Source of the DNA: Haloferax volcanii DS2
GTDB lineage: Archaea > Halobacteriota > Halobacteria > Halobacteriales > Haloferacaceae
Direction: 5' to 3'
Assembly: GCF_000025685.1 (NCBI RefSeq)
Contig: NC_013967.1
Coordinates: 60,001-92,000, forward strand
DNA length: 32,000 nt
In this document: positions 25,507-32,000 of the stretch, piece by piece
Position numbering within the stretch: position 1 is the stretch's first letter
Layout of the letters: each line of letters opens with the position of its first letter
Program-made: the position numbers and the translations under genes
The notes under the pieces: generated by a model
Databases searched by the model: none
Told to the model about the DNA's origin: nothing
Seen by the model: the letters and a program-made list of their open reading frames with translations, nothing else

Positions 25507-25866
25507 TCAGACCGCCGTCTCGCCCTCCTTGCCGGTACGGACCTGCACCGCGCTCTCGACGGGGAGCACGAATATCTTGCCGTCGCCTTTCTCGCCGGTC
25601 TGGGCGGCGTCGGCGATGGCGTCGACCACGTCGTCGGCGGGGATGTCGGCGACGACGCACTCGACTTTGACCTTCTGGTGGAGGTCGACGGTGTACTCCT
25701 CGCCGCGCCACTGCCCCTTCTTCGCGGGCTGGGAGCCGCGGCCGGAGACGTTGGTGACGGTGAGCGACGGCGCGCCGACCTCTGCGAGCGCGGTCTTCAC
25801 GTCCGAGAGCTTGTCGGGGCGGATGATGGCCATCACCATCTTGATGCCCTGTTCTCCGTCGCTCAT
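25507..25866 (-). CDS. glnK: P-II nitrogen regulatory protein GlnK (copy 2)
   Basis: 119 aa, near-identical to copy 1 outside the termini. Its ATG overlaps the amt copy-2 stop as ATGA (25863..25866). Confidence 0.95.
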   Translation of the reverse strand: MSDGEQGIKMVMAIIRPDKLSDVKTALAEVGAPSLTVTNVSGRGSQPAKKGQWRGEEYTVDLHQKVKVECVVADIPADDVVDAIADAAQTGEKGDGKIFVLPVESAVQVRTGKEGETAV

Positions 25867-27281
25867 TGGCTGTCACCTCCGTTGGCTTCGACGGTCTCGT
25901 CTTGCTCGACGCCACCGTCGGTGCGGACGTCGCTGCCGCCGTCGGTCGCCGTGGGCGAGCCGAGCGCGCCGTCGGGACCGGCGTCGCCGACGAATTCGGG
26001 GTAGACCGAGACGCCGTGTTCGCCGGCGTCGAGGCCCTCTTCTTCCTCTTCTTCCGAGACGCGGAGGCCGAAGACGGCGTCCGCGATGGCGAAGACGACC
26101 GCCGAGGCGATGATGGTCCACGCGGCGATGACGACCACGCCGACGACCTGCATCACGAGCTGGGTGCCGGAGAAGCCGCTCACCGCGAAGACCGGGATGA
26201 GCGCCGTGCCGACCGCGCCCGCGACGCCGTGGACGGCGAAGACGCCACACACGTCGTCGATTTTGAGCGAGTCGACGGTCCAGCGGTACGCCGGTAGGAC
26301 GATTGCGCCGCCGAGCGCGCCGAGGATGAGGCCGCCCCACCACGTGACGTGGGGGACAGCGCCGGTGACTGCGACGAGTCCGGCGAGCAGGCCGTTCGCC
26401 ATCCAGAGGGGGTCGGGCTTGCCTTGGTAGCTCGTCGAGACGATCATCGCGGCGACCGCGCCGGCGCCCATGCCGAGGGTCGTCACGAGGGCGACGCGAC
26501 CGAGCGCGGCACCCATGAACTCGAGTCCGCCGCTGTCGGTGGCCGCGAGGACGGTCGCCTGCGTGCCGACGTTGAAGCCGTACCAGCCGAACGCGAGGAT
26601 GAGCGTGCCGAGGACGGCGAGCAGCATCGAGTGGCCCGGGATGGGCTGGCTGTTGCCGTTCGAGTCGAAGCGGCCCTTACGCGGGCCGACCATCTTCGCG
26701 CCGACGAGGCCGGCGACGCCGCCGCACATGTGGACGACGGTCGCACCGGCGAAGTCGAGGTAGCCGACGCCGAGCGCGGCACCGATGTAGCCGCCACTCG
26801 AGAGGAGACCACCGGACCACGTCAGACCCTGCACGACGGGGTAGATGAACCCCGTGATGGTCGCCGCGAAGACGATGTACGCGCGGAAGTCCATGCGCTC
26901 TGCGACCGCGCCGGAGACGATGGTGGCGGCGGTCATGGCGAAGACGGCTCCGAAGAGCCAGTCAATCCACGCGCCGGAGTCGCCGATGTACGAGAACGCG
27001 GCGGCGACGTCGAAGCCGCCGGGCGACGTGAGGCCGCCGACGATTGTCGCGACCCCCGCGCCGACGAGGAAGTAGACGAGCACGCCGAGCGCCCAGTCGG
27101 TCATGTTCTTCATCAGTACGTTGCCCACGTTCTTCGCGCGTACCTGCCCTGCCTCTAAGAGCGCGAAGCCCGGCTGCATGAAGAAGATGAGGAACGAGAC
27201 GACGAGGATCCAGACGTAGTTGACCCCCTGCGCGATAACGCTCGGGTCGACTTGGAGCGGTATCACGACTGCCCACCCCAT
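25863..27281 (-). CDS. amt: Ammonium transporter Amt (copy 2)
   Basis: 472 aa. The motifs are [30 protein letters not shown] and [14 protein letters not shown]. It has an acidic C-terminal tail. Confidence 0.95.
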   Translation of the reverse strand: MGWAVVIPLQVDPSVIAQGVNYVWILVVSFLIFFMQPGFALLEAGQVRAKNVGNVLMKNMTDWALGVLVYFLVGAGVATIVGGLTSPGGFDVAAAFSYIGDSGAWIDWLFGAVFAMTAATIVSGAVAERMDFRAYIVFAATITGFIYPVVQGLTWSGGLLSSGGYIGAALGVGYLDFAGATVVHMCGGVAGLVGAKMVGPRKGRFDSNGNSQPIPGHSMLLAVLGTLILAFGWYGFNVGTQATVLAATDSGGLEFMGAALGRVALVTTLGMGAGAVAAMIVSTSYQGKPDPLWMANGLLAGLVAVTGAVPHVTWWGGLILGALGGAIVLPAYRWTVDSLKIDDVCGVFAVHGVAGAVGTALIPVFAVSGFSGTQLVMQVVGVVVIAAWTIIASAVVFAIADAVFGLRVSEEEEEEGLDAGEHGVSVYPEFVGDAGPDGALGSPTATDGGSDVRTDGGVEQDETVEANGGDSQ

Positions 27282-27624
27282 GCGTCCACGAGTGACCGTT
27301 CAGCTACTTTTGCTCCGTATCCGTGTGGATTCTGGTGCTTCATCACGGTTCGGCTTCATGGTGAGTTAGTACATAAAGTGCGGGGTTTATTTTGTCAAAT
27401 TTAGTGGGACGTAATACCACAACTGCACAAAATAGGCTAGAATATTACGCATATAAGGTTGTATATCGTCCAAGGATTTTGAGATTATCGGGTCTTCTGT
27501 GGACGAACGTTCAGGAAAATGTTGCCTGACAAGTGTGTTTTGGCCGTGCGCACCGCGGTATCGTGTCACGTAGTTCGGAGTTCGAATTGGCGGGTTCGGG
27601 GCGTTCGACTCGGCCGTCGACGCC

Positions 27625-28608
27625 TCAGTCGAGCTGCCGCGCCACGCGCTCTGCGAAGTACGTGATGATGAGGTCCGCGCCCGCCCGTTTCATCGACAGG
27701 AGCGACTCGTGAGCGACCCCGTCGAGGTCCAACCAGCCCTTCTCGGCGGCGGCGTGGAGCATCGCGTACTCGCCGGAGACGTTGTAGGCGGCGACCGGGT
27801 GGTCGTAGCCCTCGCGGATGGCGCGGACGATGTCGAGGTACGGCAGGCCCGGCTTGACCATCAGCACGTCCGCGCCCTGTTCGACGTCGAGGGCGACCTC
27901 GCGCAGCGCCTCCCGGGCGTTCGCGGGGTCCATCTGGTAGTGCCGTCGGTCACCGAACGCCGGCGCGCCGTCGGCCGCGTCGCGGAAGGGGCCGTAGAAG
28001 GCGCTCTCGTACTTCGCGGCGTAGGACATGATGGGTATCTCGTCGTGACCGGCGTCGTCGAGCGCCGTGCGAATCGCGCCGACCATCCCGTCCATCGAGG
28101 CCGAGGGGGCGACCATGTCCGCGCCCGCCTCGGCGTGGGAGACGGCCGTCTCCGCGAGCAGGTCCAGCGTCGGCCCGTTTTCGACCGTCAGCGTCGGGTC
28201 GTCTTCGGCGTGGTCCTCCAGCACGCCGCAGTGGCCGTGGTCGGTGTACTCACAGAGACAGACGTCGGTGATGACGTAGGCGTCCGTCTCGGCGGTGATG
28301 GCGCGGACGGCCTCCTGTACGACCCCGTTTCGCGCGTACGCTCGGGACCCCTCGGGGTCTTTCGACTCGGGGATACCGAAGACGATGACGGCCTTGACGC
28401 CGGCCTCGCGCACCTCGGCGACGCGGTCGGCCGCCTCCGCGACCGGCACGCGCTCGTGGCCCGGGATGGATTCGATGGGGACGCGCTCGTCGGTCGTCGC
28501 GTCCACGAAGACGGGCGCGACGAGGTCGGTCGCGTCGAGGGTCGTCTCCGAGACGAGCGGCCGAATCCCGTCGGTTCGAAGCCTGCGGGGGCGGTCGGTG
28601 AACTTCAT
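27625..28608 (-). CDS. hemB: Porphobilinogen synthase (delta-aminolevulinate dehydratase), Zn-type
   Basis: 327 aa. The N-terminus is RPRRLR, the cysteine-rich Zn site is DVCLCEYTDHGHCG, and the Schiff-base lysine region is VLMVKPGLPYLDIV. Confidence 0.95.
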   Translation of the reverse strand: MKFTDRPRRLRTDGIRPLVSETTLDATDLVAPVFVDATTDERVPIESIPGHERVPVAEAADRVAEVREAGVKAVIVFGIPESKDPEGSRAYARNGVVQEAVRAITAETDAYVITDVCLCEYTDHGHCGVLEDHAEDDPTLTVENGPTLDLLAETAVSHAEAGADMVAPSASMDGMVGAIRTALDDAGHDEIPIMSYAAKYESAFYGPFRDAADGAPAFGDRRHYQMDPANAREALREVALDVEQGADVLMVKPGLPYLDIVRAIREGYDHPVAAYNVSGEYAMLHAAAEKGWLDLDGVAHESLLSMKRAGADLIITYFAERVARQLD

Positions 28609-28713
28609 ACGCCGGGTTCGGTCGGCGGCGGCAAAATGCCGTCGCTCCCGTCGGTTCGCGCCGCGTTATCCAAACCATAATGAACATGATTCCGCTCGAA
28701 ACACGCATACGAC

Positions 28714-29226
28714 ATGAGCGCCTTCACCGCCCAACTCCCCGACTTCCTCCGCGAACTCCTCGCGTCCGACCTCGCCCTCGTCGCCCTCTTTTTCGTGTTC
28801 GTGCTGGAGGGTGCGATGCTCCTCTACGTCGCGCCGAGCGAACTCCTCGTCCCCGGTGCGCTGGTGCTGGTCGGCGAGCGACTGCTGCTTCCGATTCTCG
28901 CCGTCGCCGTGCTCGGCGCGACCGTCGGTCAGGTCGGACTGTTTCTCGTCGCCAAGCGGGGCGGCCGCGAGTATCTCCTGTCGCGGCCGTGGTTCCGCGT
29001 CAGCGAAGACTCCCTCGACCGGTTCGACGGCTAGTTCGACCGCTGGGGTCCCGTCGTCGTTCCGCTGAGCAACGCGATGCTGTTCACCCGCGGGATGCTC
29101 ACCGTGCCGGCGGGGCTGTCCGGGATGTCGGTAAAGCGGTTCCTCGCGCTCTCGGCGCTCGGGACCGTCGTGTTCGAGAGCGCGCTCGCGGCGCTGTACG
29201 TGTTCGGCGGCCAAGTGCTCGCGTGA
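28714..29226 (+). pseudogene. DedA/SNARE-associated family membrane protein interrupted by a single in-frame TAG (codon 107, 29032..29034)
   Basis: The upstream part is the 106-aa track ORF (...FVFVLEGAMLLYVAPSELLVPGA...GATVGQVGLFLVAKRGGREYLL...DRFDG*). The same frame continues after the TAG as FDRWGPVVVPLSNAMLFTRGMLTVPAGLSGMSVKRFLALSALGTVVFESALAALYVFGGQVLA* (stop 29224..29226). That is the conserved second half of DedA proteins. Confidence 0.75.
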
Positions 29227-29306
29227 GCGGACGCGCCGCCGACCGAGGCGGGTCGGCGCGGCGGCGGTAGGCTGACGTTAGTGGAGGGACTGCTGTGGGG
29301 TGGCCG

Positions 29307-29471
29307 TCACTTTGTTCGGTTAATATCGAGTTTTTCCTTCAGGGCGGCGAGTTCCTCGGATTCGGCGAGTTCCTCGACCCGCTTGCGGAAGTGTCGCTCG
29401 CAGAGGCCGACCTTAATGTGGTCTTTCTCCGCGGCGTATGCGGCCTCACGGTCGCAGTAGTGACACTGCAT
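29307..29471 (-). CDS. Small zinc-finger-like protein (54 aa; CxxC...CxxH), absent from the supplied ORF track
   Basis: My own translation gives MQCHYCDREAAYAAEKDHIKVGLCERHFRKRVEELAESEELAALKEKLDINRTK. Codons are GC3-rich. A TATA-like TTAAATCC (complement of 29493..29500) lies about 26 nt upstream of the ATG at 29471. Confidence 0.6.
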   Translation of the reverse strand: MQCHYCDREAAYAAEKDHIKVGLCERHFRKRVEELAESEELAALKEKLDINRTK

Positions 29472-29492
29472 ACCGCCCCTTCAGTTCCGATA

Positions 29493-29500
29493 GGATTTAA
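29493..29500 (-). promoter_or_regulatory. TATA box for the small zinc-finger ORF
   Basis: The minus strand reads TTAAATCC, centred about 26 nt upstream of the ATG at 29471. Confidence 0.45.
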
Positions 29501-29546
29501 CTCTACGCCCCACGGCACGTTCCGGGTTATTCACGGACTAACACGG

Positions 29547-30341
29547 TTAGAGACCGTCTACCGCCGCGGCGAACCGGGCGAAGTCGGTCTCCGGCGGCCC
29601 GGCGCGGCCGAGCGTCTCGTCGTGGGCGTCGCTCCCGCCCGTGGCGAGCAGGCCGTAGCGCTCGACGGCCTCCTCGACGAGGTCCGCCTCGACATCGAAG
29701 CCGTAGGGATAGTAGCGTTCGACGGCGTCGAGGTCGGCACAGAGTTCGAGCGCGCCGGCGGGGTCGCGGTAGCGAAACGGGTGTGCGAGGCCGACCACGT
29801 CGCAGGCGTCTCGCAGGGCCGCCACGCCGTCGTCGAACGTCGGGAGTTCGCGCGCGACGTAGCAGGGACCGTCCGCGCCGATGAGTTCGTCGAACGCGCC
29901 CTGGTAGTCGTAGGGTGCCTCGCTGGCGTCGATTGCGCGGGCGACGTGCGGCCGGCCGACGCCGTCGTGGATGTCGATCTCGAGGCGAACTCCGGTTTCT
30001 TCCTCGATCGCCGCGACGATTTCGCGCGCTCGTTCGACGCGGTTCCGCTGGAGTCGTTCGACCGTCTCGACGAGAGCGGGCCGCTCCCTGAGACCGTACC
30101 CGAGGAGGTCGACCCGGCGGTCGCCGGCGTCGACGCGCAGTTCGATGCCGCGGACGACTGTCACGCCGTCGCGTTCGACCACCGGCGCGTCGAGCTCCGG
30201 GTGATAGCGGTCGTGGTCCGTCACGGCCACCACGTCCACCCCGCCCGCGCGGGCCGCGTCCGGGAGCGCGTCGATAGTGAGCCGGCCGTCCGAGGCGGTC
30301 GTGTGGAGATGGAGGTCCGCGACCGGCGGGCTTTCGTCCAT
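29547..30341 (-). CDS. PHP (polymerase and histidinol phosphatase) domain metal-dependent phosphoesterase
   Basis: The track ORF starts at 30419; I prefer the ATG at 30341 (MDESPPVADLHLHTTASDGRL...). The PHP motifs are DLHLHT, VAVTDHD, GIEL and GGSDAH. Confidence 0.85.
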   Translation of the reverse strand: MDESPPVADLHLHTTASDGRLTIDALPDAARAGGVDVVAVTDHDRYHPELDAPVVERDGVTVVRGIELRVDAGDRRVDLLGYGLRERPALVETVERLQRNRVERAREIVAAIEEETGVRLEIDIHDGVGRPHVARAIDASEAPYDYQGAFDELIGADGPCYVARELPTFDDGVAALRDACDVVGLAHPFRYRDPAGALELCADLDAVERYYPYGFDVEADLVEEAVERYGLLATGGSDAHDETLGRAGPPETDFARFAAAVDGL

Positions 30342-30389
30342 GTCTCGTGGTCGGGGCGAGGGGGAGACAAACGTTGCGCCCAGTACGTC

Positions 30390-30409
30390 ATTAAGGACGA
30401 TTAAGGACT
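30390..30409. repeat. Tandem ATTAAGGAC(G/T) x2 in the divergent promoter region; a third ATTAAG lies at 30441
   Basis: Read directly: CATTAAGGACGATTAAGGACTCC. Confidence 0.8.
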
Positions 30410-30440
30410 CCAATGCCACTAATCAAATACATGGAAAATC

Positions 30441-30448
30441 ATTAAGAA
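30441..30448 (+). promoter_or_regulatory. TATA-like box for the gene 30474..30758
   Basis: ATTAAGAA is centred about 29 nt upstream of the ATG at 30474. Confidence 0.4.
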
Positions 30449-30473
30449 TGATGGCGGTCCAGTTGTGGGTGTA

Positions 30474-30758
30474 ATGCGCCTGAACGGACTCGGCGACGCG
30501 ATTGATCGCCACGAATACCCGATTAGCTCGACCGACTTCGCCCAACGTCACGGCGACGAAGTAATCGAGCTCCAGAACGGTCAGGAGACCGTCGCACAAA
30601 TCCTGGCCCGTCTCGGCGACGAGACGTACACGTGCCCGCAGGACGTGCGGGACGCCCTCTTGACCGGTGTCGGACACGAGGCAATCGGTCGCCGCTACTA
30701 CAGTGACCGCGACCCGTCCCCGCTCGGTGAGAACGGACCAGAGATGGTCTCGTTCTGA
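30474..30758 (+). CDS. Conserved-looking small hypothetical protein (94 aa)
   Basis: I prefer the ATG at 30474 (MRLNGLGDAIDRHEYPISSTDFAQRHGDEVIELQNGQETV...GRRYYSDRDPSP). It shows GC3 bias, and the motif YP(I)...ELQNG...GRRYYSDRD is familiar from small haloarchaeal proteins (unverified). A T-rich tract GATTTTTCTTTC follows the stop. Confidence 0.65.
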   Translation: MRLNGLGDAIDRHEYPISSTDFAQRHGDEVIELQNGQETVAQILARLGDETYTCPQDVRDALLTGVGHEAIGRRYYSDRDPSPLGENGPEMVSF

Positions 30759-30920
30759 GGTCGGCTCTCGTCTCGCTCCGATTTTTCTTTCTCCCCGCGA
30801 TTCCCGAGCCGTCGGCTCGGCGTCCCGCTCGTTGATTCGTTCATTCGCTGATTCGCCCGTGTCACCGCCGTTCACGGGCCGAAGCGGCCGACAGCCGACG
30901 GCCGACAGGAGTCCGCCCCG

Positions 30921-31928
30921 TCACTCGGTGAGCCACGGCAGGTCCACCGGGACCGACCCCTTGGAGTAGCCTTCGACCGCTCCCGACGGCCGGAGGCGGA
31001 AGACGACGGCCGGTCGGTGCCGAACGTCGGGCTTCTCGCCCATGATGGCGGCCCAGTCGTCGTCGGGGAACGACGAACAGTCGACGAACAGCGTCACGCC
31101 GCCGCCGTGTTCCGCGAGTTGGCCTTCACCGTTGGTCTTGGTCTGAGCCGTGTCGCGGATGGCGGCGACGGGGTTGCTCACGGAGCGTCGGTTCGGCGGC
31201 AGCGGGCGCGTCACCTCGATGAGCGCGCCGCCCGCGCGGGTGTTCTCGGCGCGGAAGTCGATGGAGTGGCCGGTCGCCACGGCGATTTCGGGCGTGATGT
31301 CGTAGCCCGCGTCGTCGAGGAGGTACGCCACGTCGAACTCGCCCATCGCCGCGGCCATCCGTATCGGGTCGAAGTACTCCGAGGTGCCGAGCTTTCCGGC
31401 CATGACCTCGCGGTACTCGTCGAGGACGCCCGTGGCGAAAAACGACTCGTAGAACTCTAGGGCTTCCTTGCGGGTCGCGTCCGGGAAGCCCGCGGCGTGG
31501 TCGTGGAAGAACTCGCGGGTCGTCTCGCGGCCGTCCTTCGAGAGGAACACCGGGAGGAAGAACCACGAGAGGTGCGAATAGGGCTTCAGCCACGGCGACT
31601 GGTCGAACAGCTCGGCGATGAGCTCGCGCTGGGCCCACCGGGAGACCTCGAAGGGGGCCTCGTCGAAGCCCTCCTTGTCGGTCCGCCACAGCGAACTCGG
31701 CGTCTCGGTGTTGCCGATCCAGTAGGCGTGGTCGTCGGTCCACGCGAACAGCGCGGTGTCGCCGTTGTCCATATCGAACCGTCGGGCCTCGTAGCCGTCG
31801 GGCGGTGCGTACCACGGCGCACCCATCTCGGCACCGAGGTTGGCGTCGAGCGGCTGGAAGATATCGCGGCCGATGCGCGACTCGTCCCAGCGACCGGGGG
31901 CGTAACGAAAGCGAAGCGGGCGTGCCAC
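30921..31928 (-). CDS. Conserved-looking hypothetical protein (about 335 aa), unknown function
   Basis: The long GC3-biased ORF is acidic and Trp-rich (…FAWTDDHAYWIGNTETPSSLWRTDKEGFDEAPFEVSRWAQREL…). The track starts at 31991; I prefer the GTG at 31928 (VARPLRFRYAPGRWDE) because a TATA-like TAAAAAC lies about 28 nt upstream. Confidence 0.7.
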   Translation of the reverse strand: MARPLRFRYAPGRWDESRIGRDIFQPLDANLGAEMGAPWYAPPDGYEARRFDMDNGDTALFAWTDDHAYWIGNTETPSSLWRTDKEGFDEAPFEVSRWAQRELIAELFDQSPWLKPYSHLSWFFLPVFLSKDGRETTREFFHDHAAGFPDATRKEALEFYESFFATGVLDEYREVMAGKLGTSEYFDPIRMAAAMGEFDVAYLLDDAGYDITPEIAVATGHSIDFRAENTRAGGALIEVTRPLPPNRRSVSNPVAAIRDTAQTKTNGEGQLAEHGGGVTLFVDCSSFPDDDWAAIMGEKPDVRHRPAVVFRLRPSGAVEGYSKGSVPVDLPWLTE

Positions 31929-32000
31929 ACACGGTGTAGTTCGGCGATTGTTTTTACGCTTTCCTGCGACAGCCCCGAATTTCGGCTCCATCCCCGCTCG

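Larger units (their letters stand above)
23382..27624 (-). repeat. Tandem segmental duplication of an amt-glnK unit including its upstream region (unit 1 23382..25506, unit 2 25507..27624)
   Basis: Two collinear amt-glnK pairs are offset by about 2.1 kb. Long identical nucleotide runs occur in glnK and shorter ones in amt (e.g. CATGCCGAGGGTCGTCACGAGGGCGAC in both). Confidence 0.9.

Noticed and set aside
1-32000. Scan for tRNA/rRNA genes, CRISPR repeats, IS elements or transposases, integrases, toxin-antitoxin or defence gene clusters
   Set aside because: I could see none by eye. All sizeable gaps are AT-rich promoter-type spacers, and the only repeats are the polD2 ghost copy, the amt-glnK duplication and short promoter-region repeats. 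A covariance-model and HMM scan would be needed to be definitive.

Overview
This is a visibly high-GC archaeal chromosomal segment with strong GC3 bias. A haloarchaeon is indicated by very acidic predicted proteins, twin-arginine lipoprotein signals, TATA-like boxes about 27 nt upstream of many start codons (leaderless mRNAs) and a PolD large-subunit gene. The gene order reminds me of Haloferax-type genomes, but that is inference only. The content is core housekeeping: part of a peptide/nickel-type ABC importer, PolD DP2, a RecJ/GAN-like DHH nuclease, panE, PPK2 and a NifU-like protein. A dispersed early tetrapyrrole set is present: a tightly packed hemC-cobA-hemD-MFS operon, plus hemL and hemB. 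Two tandem amt-glnK (ammonium transporter / P-II) units sit between hemL and hemB. I found no tRNA/rRNA genes, CRISPR array, transposase, integrase or recognisable defence locus, and I cannot honestly claim a new multi-gene system. The observations most worth a second look are listed here. (1) A perfect 68-nt ghost copy of the polD2 3' end and terminator lies 98 nt downstream of the real one, with an in-frame 9-nt indel. (2) A DedA-family gene is interrupted by one in-frame TAG at a position where I recall a Trp in homologues. (3) In the amt-glnK duplication the glnK copies are near-identical at nucleotide level (85-nt and 48-nt perfect runs) while the amt copies and upstream regions have diverged. 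(4) Both amt genes have long AT-rich upstream regions with collinear shared motif islands and short uORFs. (5) Two well-supported small ORFs (54-55 aa) fall below the ORF-track cutoff. (6) A roughly 500-bp low-GC region upstream of ppk2 is unexplained. The many long Arg/Gly/Val-rich ORFs antisense to real genes are GC-driven shadow frames and were rejected.
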